This document shows, piece by piece, positions 49,268-59,294 of a DNA stretch of 64,000 nucleotides. Under the pieces are notes generated by a model that was not told the origin of the DNA, ran no database searches, and saw only the letters and a list, made by a program, of their open reading frames with translations. The translations under genes and the position numbers were made by a program. Source of the DNA: Alphaproteobacteria bacterium. Its GTDB lineage: Bacteria > Pseudomonadota > Alphaproteobacteria > SP197. Location: NCBI GenBank assembly GCA_965228895.1, contig OZ245842.1, forward strand, positions 2,400,001-2,464,000. Reading direction: 5' to 3'. Positions within the stretch are counted from its first letter, which is position 1, and each line of letters opens with the position of its first letter.

Positions 49268-50209
49268 TCATTGATTGGCATCGTCCAGTGGTGCGGATTC
49301 TGGCCGGTCGGGAACACTGCGCCGGCGGCCCAATCGGCCCTCGCGATGCAGGATGTAGAGACCGCTGGCGACGACGATGACGGCGCCGGCGATCACCCAT
49401 GTATCCGGCACCGTCCCGAAGACGATATAGCCCGCCGGCACCGCCCAGATCAGGCTGGTGTAGCGGAACGGCGCGACCAGACCAATCTCGGCATGACGCA
49501 CCGCCTCGATCATCAGGTATTGGGCGGCGCCCAACAGCATGCCGCTCGCCGCCAGCAGCCCGACCTCAAGCCAAGACGGTGTGGACCAGCCGAATGGAAG
49601 CGTCACCGCGCCGGCGAACGTAACGGCGACGGTCGATACCATCAGGATGGAAGACGAGCTGTCGGTAACGGAAAGTCGACGCGTCACGATGTCGCGCAAT
49701 GCACCGGTGATGACGGCACCAAGGGGCAGTAAAGCCGCCAGGACAAATGCACCCTCGCCCGGCCGCAACATCACGAGCACACCGACAAAATCGGTGCATA
49801 CGGCTGTCCAACGACGCCAGCCGACCTTCTCCTTAAGGAAGGGCACCGCAAGCGCGGTGGCAAACAGAGGGGCAGCGAAGGTCAACGCAATCGCCTCAGC
49901 GAGCGGCAATAGGCTGAGCCCCGTGATGAACAGAAACATGCCGGTCACAACGATCAGCGCACGAGCTCCCTGGCCCTTGGGGCTGTAGACACGCAGGCGG
50001 TAGAAACCGCCTTCGTGCCGGGCCAGCACCACGACCGGCAGGAAGACAAACAGGCCGCGCAGGCACATAATCTGGCCGACCGGCATGTCGCCGGTCAGCC
50101 ACTTCAAGATCGTGTCGTTCAGGGTGACCAGCAAACAACTTGCGATCGTGCACAAGACGCCCTTGAGACCGGCCCCCGCGATGGCGGGGCGGGCGCCCCG
50201 TTCGCTCAC
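49268..50209 (-). CDS. DMT/EamA family transporter
   Basis: [26 protein letters not shown]; GTGA overlap with the kinase stop. Confidence 0.9.
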   Translation of the reverse strand: MSERGARPAIAGAGLKGVLCTIASCLLVTLNDTILKWLTGDMPVGQIMCLRGLFVFLPVVVLARHEGGFYRLRVYSPKGQGARALIVVTGMFLFITGLSLLPLAEAIALTFAAPLFATALAVPFLKEKVGWRRWTAVCTDFVGVLVMLRPGEGAFVLAALLPLGAVITGALRDIVTRRLSVTDSSSSILMVSTVAVTFAGAVTLPFGWSTPSWLEVGLLAASGMLLGAAQYLMIEAVRHAEIGLVAPFRYTSLIWAVPAGYIVFGTVPDTWVIAGAVIVVASGLYILHREGRLGRRRSVPDRPESAPLDDANQ

Positions 50210-52038
50210 GCGACGTCGACGACGTTGTCAGCGGTCAGGGATGCAGGCAAACGCACGGTCACGGTGGTTCCGACACCGACCTCGCTTTCGATCGCGATCT
50301 CGCCATCGTGGAGATCGATCAGGGACCGGGTGATGGCAAGGCCCAGGCCGGCGCCTTCGTGACGCCGCGCAAGCGTCGAATCCGCCTGGCCAAACGGCTC
50401 CATCACCGTACCGATCTTGTCTTTGGGAATACCGATGCCGTTGTCGGAAACCGTAATGACAATGCTCTCGACAGTGTGGCTCGCGTTGACCTTGACCAGA
50501 CCGCCCGTCTTGCGGTCGATGAACTTCACGGCATTGGTCAGCAGATTCAGCAAGACTTGGCGCAAGCCGCGCTCATCGGCCATGAACTGGGGCAAGTGCG
50601 GGTCGCAGGTCACCTCGATCTCGATGGACCGGTCCGCCGCCGACTGACGCGCCAGGGTGACAGCCCAGGTAATGACCTCTTCCAGGTCGATCAGGCTGCG
50701 GTGGATCGTCATACGCCCGGACTCGATACGCGCGAAATCCAGAATGTCGTTGATCAGGTCTAAGAGATGTTTGCCGCTGACGTTGATATCGCCGGCATAC
50801 TCGCGCACCCGCTCATGGTCGAAGTTGATGCCCATGTCGGATTGCAGGAGCTCGGAGAAGCCGATGATGGCGTTCAGCGGCGTTCTCAGCTCGTGGCTCA
50901 TGTTGGCGATGAACTGGCTCTTGGCCTCGTTGGCTTGCTCGGCACGAAGCTTGGCGTCACGCAGCGCCTCAACCGCGACCTTGCCTTCGGTGACATCCTC
51001 GAGGGCATGGATCACGCGGCCCCAGTCGTTGCGATAGACGTCGGGGATAAAGGCCGTGTTCCTGACGCAGATCTGTTGCTTATCATAGGTCTGCTCCCAG
51101 ACCTCGCCAAAGAAGCTGTTCTCGCCCATGGCGAACGTGATCAGCGTGTCGCGAAACGCAACCTCTTCGTCCTCGGTTCTGAAATCGATCTCGGCCATGG
51201 CGCGGAAGGCTTCACGACTGGGCGCGCGATAGAGATCGACGGTCTGCTCGTTGAAGTCGATGATGTCGACCTCATTGGCAATCTGTTTCACGACGTCCGG
51301 GTTGAGTTTGAAGTAGAGATCGAAATCGGCGATGCCATCATCGCGCAGACGCTCGATCTCGGCCTTGGCCTTCGACCAGTCCTCTTCCCAAATGGCGATC
51401 GGCGCCTGCTGGAACAGCTCGCGGTAGCGCGACTGGGTCGCGGCGGTTTCGTGCTCGCGGATTGCGCCGATCCCTGTCGCCGCATGCGCAACGATGACGA
51501 CGTTCAGGCCCATCAGGATCAACGTGACCAAATACAAAGGCGCGGCCTGATCGTCAGGGACGACGCTGGCCGGCAACAGACCGTTACCGCCTGCAACACC
51601 CAGTATGACGGCGGCGACAAGCACCATCGCGGTGGTCAGCACAATGCCGCGCCGGTCGCCGGCGACCACCTCTTCCAGCAAGACGTAGAGGAATAGCGGC
51701 ATCATGAACGACGTTAAGCCGCCCGTGCCCCAGCATCCGGCGGCCACCACAATGGTAATCAAAAAGGCGCCAAGCATGCGCACCGCAAAAAGCCGGTGGG
51801 CCAGCCGCAACAAGACGACCATGGCGATCGGCACAACGATCGTCGCGGCGAACCAGACGTACTCGCCGACAGTCAACGCATCCCGGTAAAGCAGGTAGAT
51901 CGGGAACAACACCGCCAGGACCAAGGCGGTCATTACCCGGCACCAGACATAGTTCCGGTAAGGCAGGGGATCTGCCGACTCGGGCAGGCGATCGCCACCG
52001 TAGAGATTGTCGAGATATCGTGGATACAATTCCGTCAC
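50206..52038 (-). CDS. Membrane PAS-domain sensor histidine kinase (DivJ/PleC/PdhS-like)
   Basis: 5-6 TM helices, PAS (PIAIWEED), [24 protein letters not shown]-box, [21 protein letters not shown]. Confidence 0.92.
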   Translation of the reverse strand: MTELYPRYLDNLYGGDRLPESADPLPYRNYVWCRVMTALVLAVLFPIYLLYRDALTVGEYVWFAATIVVPIAMVVLLRLAHRLFAVRMLGAFLITIVVAAGCWGTGGLTSFMMPLFLYVLLEEVVAGDRRGIVLTTAMVLVAAVILGVAGGNGLLPASVVPDDQAAPLYLVTLILMGLNVVIVAHAATGIGAIREHETAATQSRYRELFQQAPIAIWEEDWSKAKAEIERLRDDGIADFDLYFKLNPDVVKQIANEVDIIDFNEQTVDLYRAPSREAFRAMAEIDFRTEDEEVAFRDTLITFAMGENSFFGEVWEQTYDKQQICVRNTAFIPDVYRNDWGRVIHALEDVTEGKVAVEALRDAKLRAEQANEAKSQFIANMSHELRTPLNAIIGFSELLQSDMGINFDHERVREYAGDINVSGKHLLDLINDILDFARIESGRMTIHRSLIDLEEVITWAVTLARQSAADRSIEIEVTCDPHLPQFMADERGLRQVLLNLLTNAVKFIDRKTGGLVKVNASHTVESIVITVSDNGIGIPKDKIGTVMEPFGQADSTLARRHEGAGLGLAITRSLIDLHDGEIAIESEVGVGTTVTVRLPASLTADNVVDVA

Positions 52039-52223
52039 ACGTCCGCCTCATCCCGGCGCCGCCCCACCCCGGACAGCCTACCGAACCCAAGACATATAGC
52101 GCGATATCCCTGTCGAGGCGACTCACCAGCATCTTCTTGCAGCGGCCCCGGCCGCCGCGTACATAGCAACGACAACAAGGCCGGGGCATCTGGCCGCATC
52201 CGAGCGTCTGGGAGGGTATTCGC

Positions 52224-53900
52224 GTGGCAGGCAAGGACCCGTCAAACCGCTTTGAAATAGATCTGGACAAGACCGCGGCCAACTATGCGCCGTTGAGCCC
52301 GGTTGACTTTGTCGAGCGATCCGCGCTGGTTCACCCCGATCGTACAGCCTGGATCTACGGCGACCGCCAGGCAAGTTATGCTGAGATGTTGGCGCGCTGC
52401 AGGCGTTTTGCTAGCGCTCTCACCAAGCTGGGCATCGGCCCGGGCGACGCGGTTGCGATTATCGCCCAGAACGGACCGGCCCTGCTGGAGGCGCACTTTG
52501 CCGTGCCGATGGTCGGCGCGGTCCTGAATGCGCTGAACTTCCGGCTGGACGGGCCGTCCATCGCCTTCATGTTGGGTCATGCGGGATCGCGGGTCATTCT
52601 TGTCGACCGCGAGTTCACCGAGACCGTCAAACAGGCGCTGGCCGAGCACAGCGCGCCGATTACCGTCATCGCCATCGATGACCCGGATACCGACAACGAT
52701 CCGTCGTTCGGCGACATGACGTACGAGGCGTTCCTGGAAACCGGGGACCCCGACGCCCGGTTCGACGCGATCAAGGACGAGTGGCAGGCAATCTCGCTGT
52801 GCTACACATCCGGCACGACGGGCGACCCCAAGGGTGTCGTCCTGCACCATCGCGGCGCCTATCTGAACGCCGTCGGCAACGGCATGATGCTCGGTTTCAC
52901 CGGCCAGACGGTGAACCTTTGGACACTGCCGATGTTCCATTGCAACGGCTGGTGCCACGCCTGGGGCGTCACCGCCTATGCCGGCACCCACGTGCTGCTG
53001 CGCAAGGTCGACCCAGCGAAGATCTTCGAGCTTATCGCCGAGCATGACGTGACCCATATGTCTGGCGCGCCGATCGTCTTGAACATGATCCTGAATGCGC
53101 CGAAAGAGGTCAGGCGCGATTTCCCGCAGACGATCACGCTGGCCACCGGCGGCGCGGCGCCGCCCAGTGCCGTCATTTCCGGCATGGGCGATCTGGGTTT
53201 CAAGATCGTCCACCTCTACGGCCTGACCGAGACCTACGGACCGGCCCTGATATCGGCCGAACAGGATGACTGGCACGACAAAACGCCCGACGATCTGAGC
53301 GCCGCCATGGCGCGCCAGGGCCTGCGCCATCCGATGGTGGCCGGCTACATGGTCGCCGACCCCGACACCATGGAGCCAGTGCCCGCCGACGGCGAGACGA
53401 TCGGCGAGATCATGATGCGCGGCAACACGGTGATGCGCGGCTATCTCATGAATCCGACGGCGACCCAGCGGGATCTGGCTGATGGCTGGTTCCACTCCGG
53501 CGACCTGGGTGTCATGCACCCGGACGGCTACATCCAGGTCAAGGATCGATCCAAGGACATCATCATCTCGGGCGGCGAGAACATCAGCTCGCTCGAGGTC
53601 GAGGATACGCTCTACAAACATCCGGCGGTGATGGAAGCCGCGGTCGTCGCGCGTGACGATGCGAAGTGGGGCGAAAGCCCGTGCGCCTTCGTGACCCTGA
53701 AACCCGACGCCGAGACCACCGATCCCGTTGACATCGTTGCCTTCTGCCGCGACCACATGGCGCACTTCAAGGCGCCGAAGACGATCGTTTACGGCCCCCT
53801 GCCGAAAACGGCGACGGGCAAAATCCAAAAGTTTGCGCTGCGTGAGCGCGCCAACAACCTCACCGACGGCGAAGCCGATTTCGACCGAGCCAGTGGCTGA
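52224..53900 (+). CDS. Acyl-CoA synthetase (AMP-binding; DmdB/AAE-like)
   Basis: YTSGTTGDPKG, LPMFHCNGW, YGLTE, SGDL, DRSKDIIISGGENI, PKTATGKIQK. Confidence 0.93.
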   Translation: MAGKDPSNRFEIDLDKTAANYAPLSPVDFVERSALVHPDRTAWIYGDRQASYAEMLARCRRFASALTKLGIGPGDAVAIIAQNGPALLEAHFAVPMVGAVLNALNFRLDGPSIAFMLGHAGSRVILVDREFTETVKQALAEHSAPITVIAIDDPDTDNDPSFGDMTYEAFLETGDPDARFDAIKDEWQAISLCYTSGTTGDPKGVVLHHRGAYLNAVGNGMMLGFTGQTVNLWTLPMFHCNGWCHAWGVTAYAGTHVLLRKVDPAKIFELIAEHDVTHMSGAPIVLNMILNAPKEVRRDFPQTITLATGGAAPPSAVISGMGDLGFKIVHLYGLTETYGPALISAEQDDWHDKTPDDLSAAMARQGLRHPMVAGYMVADPDTMEPVPADGETIGEIMMRGNTVMRGYLMNPTATQRDLADGWFHSGDLGVMHPDGYIQVKDRSKDIIISGGENISSLEVEDTLYKHPAVMEAAVVARDDAKWGESPCAFVTLKPDAETTDPVDIVAFCRDHMAHFKAPKTIVYGPLPKTATGKIQKFALRERANNLTDGEADFDRASG

Positions 53901-53924
53901 GCCCCTCTAACCGGAGTAACTGCG

Positions 53925-54881
53925 ATGTCACGACCCGACCCTGCGGATGTCCGCCAGGTCACTTGTATTGGCGCCGGCGTCATCGGCGCGGGCTGGGCCG
54001 CCCACTTTCTGGCCCACGGTTACGAGGTTACGGTCTATGACCTCAATCCCGAGGCCGAGGGCCAGATGCACCGCATCATCGACGCCGCATGGCCGAGCCT
54101 GGAGAAAATGCGCCTTTCAAGTGGCGCCTCGCGTGATCGCGTGAACTTTACCACGAACTTGAACATATCGGTCGACAATGCTGATTTTGTTCAAGAAAGC
54201 GCGCCTGAGCGCATTGACCTCAAGCAAAAGCTTTACGCCGACCTCGACCGCGCGATGCCCAACGACGTGGTGATCGGATCCAGCACCTCCGGCCTTTTGA
54301 TGTCCGACATCCAGGCGAAGTCGGAGAACCCGTCGCGCATGGTGCTGGGGCACCCTTTCAACCCGCCCTATCTGATGCCGCTCGTCGAGGTGGTTGGCGG
54401 CAAGAAGACCGACCCGGCCGCCGTCGACTGGGCGGTCGACTTTTACCGCCATGCCGGCAAACACCCCCTGAAGATGGACCGCGAGGTGCTCGGCCATATC
54501 GCCGACCGGCTGCAGCAGGCGATGTGGAACGAGATCCTCTACATGGTCGATGCCGACGAGGCGACGCCGGAGCAGATCGATGAATCGATCATCTACGGCT
54601 TTGGCCCACGCATGGCGATCATGGGCTATTGCCTGCTGTTCCACCTGGCCGGCGGCGAAGGCGGCATGCGCCACTTCCTGAAGCACTTCGACCCAAGCGT
54701 CTCGGACGACTGGACCCGCCTGCCCTCACCGCCGATCAGCGATGACCTGATCGAGAAAATGGTTGCCGGCTGTGAACGTCTGCAAGGTGAGCGATCAACG
54801 CCGGAGCTGAACGCGTTACGCGACGCGGCCCTGGTCGGCTTCCTTCAGCACTTCAACAACGTGACCGGCACCGCCAAATAG
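53925..54881 (+). CDS. L-carnitine dehydrogenase-like / 3-hydroxyacyl-CoA dehydrogenase family
   Basis: GAGVIGAGWAAHFL, QESAPE, SSTSG, HPFNPPYLMPLVE, LAGGEGGMRHFL. Confidence 0.88.
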   Translation: MSRPDPADVRQVTCIGAGVIGAGWAAHFLAHGYEVTVYDLNPEAEGQMHRIIDAAWPSLEKMRLSSGASRDRVNFTTNLNISVDNADFVQESAPERIDLKQKLYADLDRAMPNDVVIGSSTSGLLMSDIQAKSENPSRMVLGHPFNPPYLMPLVEVVGGKKTDPAAVDWAVDFYRHAGKHPLKMDREVLGHIADRLQQAMWNEILYMVDADEATPEQIDESIIYGFGPRMAIMGYCLLFHLAGGEGGMRHFLKHFDPSVSDDWTRLPSPPISDDLIEKMVAGCERLQGERSTPELNALRDAALVGFLQHFNNVTGTAK

Positions 54882-54925
54882 AAGGCACATGCCAACACTC
54901 AGATAAGGATTGAGCGGAGAGGACC

Positions 54926-55954
54926 ATGACAGCCAACAGCAACCGCCAACTCGTCTTGAAGGAATACCCGGTCGGCGCGCCCGGCCCCGAGCACTTTGAT
55001 CTCGTCGAGACGCCGATCCCGGAGCCTGGGCCGGGCGAGGTCTTGGTGCGGGCGATCTATCTGACGGTCGACCCCTACATGCGCGGACGCTTGCGCCCCG
55101 GACCGTCCTATGCCGAGCCTCAGAAGATCGGCGAGGTCATGGTCGGTGAGGTCGCCGGTGAAGTCCTTGCCTCCAACGCCGACGGTTTTGCGCCCGGTGA
55201 CTTCGTAGCGGCACATACCGGCTGGCAGACCCACGGCATCACCGATGGCCGTGATCTCCGCAAGCTGGACCCGGGCGCCGCGCCAATATCCACAGCCCTC
55301 GGTGTGCTCGGCATGCCGGGCCTGACCGCCTATTTCGGCACCCTCGACGTGTTGCGCCCGAAGGCCGGCGACACCCTGGTCGTCAACGCCGCATCGGGCG
55401 CGGTCGGCAGTGTGGTCGGCCAGATTGCCAAGATTGGCGGTTGCCGCGTGGTCGGGATCGCCGGTTCCAAGGCCAAGATCGATTTCATCACCGGCGACCT
55501 GGGTTTCGACGCCGGCATCGACCATCGCGCCACCGACAACATGTCGGCCGCGCTGGCGGACGCCTGTCCGGACGGCATCGACTGCTACTTCGATAATGTC
55601 GGCGGTCCGATCTCCGATGCCGCGTTCGAGAACATGGCGCTGGGCGCACGGGTCGCGATCTGCGGCCAGATCGCCCAGTACAACGACACCGAACAGGCCA
55701 TGGGACCGCGCAATCTGCGTCACTTCCTGGTCAAGCGCGCGACCATGCGCGGCCTTCTGGTATTCGACTGGCGCGACCGTTACGACGAAGGCCTGAAGCG
55801 GCTGACCCGCTGGGTGCAGGACGGCAGCATCATATACCGCGAAGACATCGTCGACGGCCTGGAGAACACACCGTCGGCTTTCGCCGGCCTGATGGAAGGC
55901 AAGAACTTCGGCAAACAGCTGGTCAGGATCGGCGACGACCCAACGCGGGCCTGA
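54926..55954 (+). CDS. NADP-dependent oxidoreductase (CurA/PGDH, MDR family)
   Basis: VDPYMR, GMPGLTAY, AASGAVG, YFDNVGG, GKNFGK. Confidence 0.93.
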   Translation: MTANSNRQLVLKEYPVGAPGPEHFDLVETPIPEPGPGEVLVRAIYLTVDPYMRGRLRPGPSYAEPQKIGEVMVGEVAGEVLASNADGFAPGDFVAAHTGWQTHGITDGRDLRKLDPGAAPISTALGVLGMPGLTAYFGTLDVLRPKAGDTLVVNAASGAVGSVVGQIAKIGGCRVVGIAGSKAKIDFITGDLGFDAGIDHRATDNMSAALADACPDGIDCYFDNVGGPISDAAFENMALGARVAICGQIAQYNDTEQAMGPRNLRHFLVKRATMRGLLVFDWRDRYDEGLKRLTRWVQDGSIIYREDIVDGLENTPSAFAGLMEGKNFGKQLVRIGDDPTRA

Positions 55955-56027
55955 TCGATCGTGTCTGGTGACAAGGGCTTCATTGCTTGTCCGCCTGGCG
56001 TCTGGGGCATAATCTGTTTCTAAGGGA

Positions 56028-56594
56028 GTGAACAACAACGAAACCGCTCCGGCATCAACCGGTCGGCGGCACGGGGTAATGACAATCCACAGGGGCCTTT
56101 TGGCGCTGCAACCGCAACTGCTGGCCTATGCAAGAGCCATATGCGGCAACGCGGACGAGGCCGACGATTTGGTCCAGGATGCGATTGTCCGCGCTCTCAC
56201 TGCACCACAACCACCGACACGGTCCGACGATCTAAGACCCTGGATGTTCCGCATTATGCGCAACCTGCACTACGATTGCTGGCGCAAGGCCAAGGTCCGG
56301 ACGGAATATTCCGTGCAGCAGAAACGTTTAGATCAAGAGACGCCGCCGGATTGGAACGACCCGCTGTCAGGCATACTGGTGAGACAGACATTTGAAGCGC
56401 TATCGCGCGATCACCGCGAGGTGTTGTTTTTGGTCGACATCATGGAAATGCGTTACGCCGAGGCTGCCGACGTGCTTGCCGTTGCGGAAGGCACGGTTAT
56501 GAGCCGGCTTAGCCGCGCGCGCAGAGCCATGCTCGACCGGCTTGAAGAAACCAATGTCACGTCCTTGGCACGACACCGGCGGAAAATCCTATGA
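56028..56594 (+). CDS. ECF RNA polymerase sigma factor (ECF26/RpoE4-like)
   Basis: ADDLVQD, WMFRIMRN, YAEAADVL, GTVMSRLSRAR. Alternative start at 56079. Confidence 0.92.
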   Translation: MNNNETAPASTGRRHGVMTIHRGLLALQPQLLAYARAICGNADEADDLVQDAIVRALTAPQPPTRSDDLRPWMFRIMRNLHYDCWRKAKVRTEYSVQQKRLDQETPPDWNDPLSGILVRQTFEALSRDHREVLFLVDIMEMRYAEAADVLAVAEGTVMSRLSRARRAMLDRLEETNVTSLARHRRKIL

Positions 56595-57364
56595 CGCGCG
56601 ACCAGCAACGTGACTGGGAACTTCTGAACGCCTATTGCGACAGTGAGCTGAACGCCGCCGACCAAGCCGCCTTGGAACGCCGGCTGGAACATGAGCCGGC
56701 GTTGCGTCAAGACTTGAACCGTCTTCACAATCTGAAGCGCGAACTTGCCGGCTTACGCCCGCCCGAGCCCGATGGGATGGCGGTGCAGGCGGCAACCTCT
56801 CGGAAACGACTCAAGGGGGCATTGGCGTCGACCGCCGCCCTCCTGGTGATCGCCGCCTTGACGGTGGCGGTGCTCGTCGCCTGGCCGTCGGCGCAGCGCA
56901 ACTGGCTCCAGACGGCGATGGACATGCACGACACATTGTCGCATCAGACCTATGTGGTTGAGGAAGGGCACGTCACGCAGATCGTCTCGAGTGGCCGTGA
57001 CCTTGCGTTCTCCGCACCGGACCTGACGGCCTCGCGGCTCTACCTGGTCGATGTGGTGACCTCGACAGCGGATGGCGGCGACGCCGTCGCGATGCACTAT
57101 CGCGGCATGCGTGGCTGCCGCTTGACCGTCGTGGCGCTTCCCGAACACCCTGACGGCGAGCAGCCTGACGAGCTTGGCGGGCTGATCCATGCCTGGTCAT
57201 ACAGTGGCTACAATTTCGCCGTTATCGCCGTTGGCATGGACGCGCAGCGCTTCGCGTCGGTTGCCTCTTATGCCGAGGCGGCGGTCATCGACGCCGTACG
57301 CCGGCATCGCGAACTGCAAATCGCCATGACCGAAAGCTACAACGCCGCCCGACCGTGCGCTTGA
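56591..57364 (+). CDS. Transmembrane anti-sigma factor
   Basis: ATGA-coupled to the sigma; LNAYCDSEL N-domain, single TM, periplasmic PDL motif. Confidence 0.88.
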   Translation: MTRDQQRDWELLNAYCDSELNAADQAALERRLEHEPALRQDLNRLHNLKRELAGLRPPEPDGMAVQAATSRKRLKGALASTAALLVIAALTVAVLVAWPSAQRNWLQTAMDMHDTLSHQTYVVEEGHVTQIVSSGRDLAFSAPDLTASRLYLVDVVTSTADGGDAVAMHYRGMRGCRLTVVALPEHPDGEQPDELGGLIHAWSYSGYNFAVIAVGMDAQRFASVASYAEAAVIDAVRRHRELQIAMTESYNAARPCA

Positions 57365-57452
57365 ACCGCAGTAGCAAACGCATGATCGAAGGCAGTATGC
57401 GCAGCGTCCCGGCATGCTGGCCGGACTTCTTCGACTCACGCGAATGGCAGCA

Positions 57453-57764
57453 TCAGGGCAGCGGGAAGTTGGGCCTGTCCTCGTTATAGTGTTCGGCCAG
57501 ATAGTCGAGGATGATCGAACGGTCGGGCTCTTCGATCGGGGGCATGCCCTGCTCATCGACCATCCACATGAACAGATCGTCCCAGTGCTGTCGGGTCTTC
57601 CCCTGTTGCACGACGATCATCTCTGAGTGACACGGGGTGCAGTAGCCGAAAGTCTCGTCGACGCCTGGCGCATCAAAAAGCAGGCCATAGGGCGATTCGC
57701 TGTCGTCCGCGTAGGACGCCGAAACGGTGAAAACCAGAATGAGCGTGATGGCAAAGCTGCGCAT
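57453..57764 (-). CDS. Small c-type cytochrome (SorB/SorU-like acceptor of sulfite dehydrogenase)
   Basis: Signal peptide, CTPCHS, W...MVDEQGM, ILDYLAEHY. Confidence 0.85.
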   Translation of the reverse strand: MRSFAITLILVFTVSASYADDSESPYGLLFDAPGVDETFGYCTPCHSEMIVVQQGKTRQHWDDLFMWMVDEQGMPPIEEPDRSIILDYLAEHYNEDRPNFPLP

Positions 57765-57852
57765 GATCAGGAGGCATACCTAAAGTGACGGAAGAGTCGC
57801 GTGTCCCGCGGACAGCTGATGAACGCTGCCCACGGGACCCGTTGTGGCGATG

Positions 57853-59160
57853 TCAGGGCGCACGCACCGCCACGCGATGCAAGGAGTTATTGAGATAGCC
57901 CTTGGGGTTCCAAGCAATCGCAAACGGCTGCTCGACACCGGCGCTGTCGGTTGCCCGCGCCCAGACCTCGTAGTAGCCCTCTTGCGGCAGTGTGACCGCG
58001 GCACGCCAGTTCTGCCACGCACCGCTGTTGACCGGCGGGTCCAATTCGGTCGGCATCCAGGTCGCGCCGAAGTCGACGGTGATGTCCACCTTGCTGATAG
58101 TGCGGTCGCCCGACCAGGCATGTCCTCGCACCTCGATCTCCCGGCCCGGCAGATCGGTCCCGGTCGCCGGATTGGTAATCAGCGACTTCACCGGCATACG
58201 TTCGATGATGATGAAGTCCTCCTCTGGCACCTCTTGTCCCGGCGCAACCGGATACTTGGGCACACGATAGGACTTCCCGGTCATCTTTGGCCCGTCATGC
58301 ACGATGTCGCGCAGGTAGATGCGGGTCAGCCACTTCTGTGAGCAGGAACCCGGCCAGCCCGGTACGACCAAGCGCAGCGGCGCCCCGTTCAGCGGGTTGA
58401 TCGGACCGTCGTTCATCTGGAAGGCAATCAGGACGTCTTCGGTCATCGCCTTGGCGATCGGGATGCCGCGCGAGATGGGCAGCTTGTCGGGATCGCCTGA
58501 CAGATGCATGTCGGCACCAACATGGGCGGTATAGATGGCGTTATCCTTGACACCGGCAGCATTCAGGACGTCCATCAGGCGCACACCGGTCCAGTTCGAG
58601 CAGCCGACGGCGCCATAGGTCCACTGGTTGCCGCTTGCCGGCGGGTTGAAGAACGCGCGCCCGTTGCCGCCGCATTCCAGATTAAGCGCCATGGTCACGA
58701 CGTCGAATTGCGACCTCAGGTCGGCAATCGACAGCTCCATGGGGTTGTCGACCAGACCGTCGACCGTCAATTTCCACGTCTCGGCATTCATGTCGTCGGG
58801 AACAGTGCCGTTGTTGCGCACGAATAGACGGTTGTTCGGTGTAATCGGGTCATCAAGCAGGTGCGGCGGTGTCTCCGCGTTGATCGGCCGGTCATTCAGC
58901 AGCGTCAAGCCGTCCTTGCCGGTCAGGACATGCGTCTCGGCGAAGGCGACGGGAATGAAACCGGCCGGCATGTTGCGGTGAAACGGGATCGACGCGCCGA
59001 GCATCGCCCCCATGGTGGCAAGCCCCGCGCCCCGCAGAAAACCGCGCCGGTCGCCGTTGGCAATGCGCCCGAAAAAGGCGCGATCAGCCTCCTCAGGATC
59101 CTTCTCGAAAAACTCAAAAAGACCTTCTGAAACGTTGGTGTGTTTGCTCTCGGTTTTCAT
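57853..59160 (-). CDS. Periplasmic sulfite dehydrogenase molybdenum subunit (SorA/SorT family)
   Basis: Tat motif DRRGFL, NAETP, FVRNNG, LECGGNGR Mo-ligand Cys, NGAPLRL, WNPKGY.NN. Confidence 0.92.
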   Translation of the reverse strand: MKTESKHTNVSEGLFEFFEKDPEEADRAFFGRIANGDRRGFLRGAGLATMGAMLGASIPFHRNMPAGFIPVAFAETHVLTGKDGLTLLNDRPINAETPPHLLDDPITPNNRLFVRNNGTVPDDMNAETWKLTVDGLVDNPMELSIADLRSQFDVVTMALNLECGGNGRAFFNPPASGNQWTYGAVGCSNWTGVRLMDVLNAAGVKDNAIYTAHVGADMHLSGDPDKLPISRGIPIAKAMTEDVLIAFQMNDGPINPLNGAPLRLVVPGWPGSCSQKWLTRIYLRDIVHDGPKMTGKSYRVPKYPVAPGQEVPEEDFIIIERMPVKSLITNPATGTDLPGREIEVRGHAWSGDRTISKVDITVDFGATWMPTELDPPVNSGAWQNWRAAVTLPQEGYYEVWARATDSAGVEQPFAIAWNPKGYLNNSLHRVAVRAP

Positions 59161-59197
59161 TGCGTTCTCCCCAGACTACGCATGCGGTCAAAGAAGA

Positions 59198-59223
59198 AAC
59201 GTGTGGGAACGCCAATTCATTCC
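59198..59223 (-). promoter_or_regulatory. ECF-type promoter upstream of the sulfite dehydrogenase
   Basis: Minus-strand GGAAT-N17-CGTT, 37 bp upstream of the start codon. Confidence 0.65.
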
Positions 59224-59294
59224 GTGGCGGGATGAGCCACGGTAACGGCGGCCTGTCTCGCAAGCGCGAGACCCGGCGCTCGGTCAGAACCGCA

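Noticed and set aside
49785-49810. Frameshift or pseudogene in the DMT gene (AVCTDF where a hydrophobic-Gly-Phe pattern is usual)
   Set aside because: The frame stays open and the downstream EamA motifs are intact; at most a point substitution.
54143-54158. Alphaproteobacterial LexA box (GAAC-N7-GAAC)
   Set aside because: The spacing is N8 and the site is inside a coding sequence.
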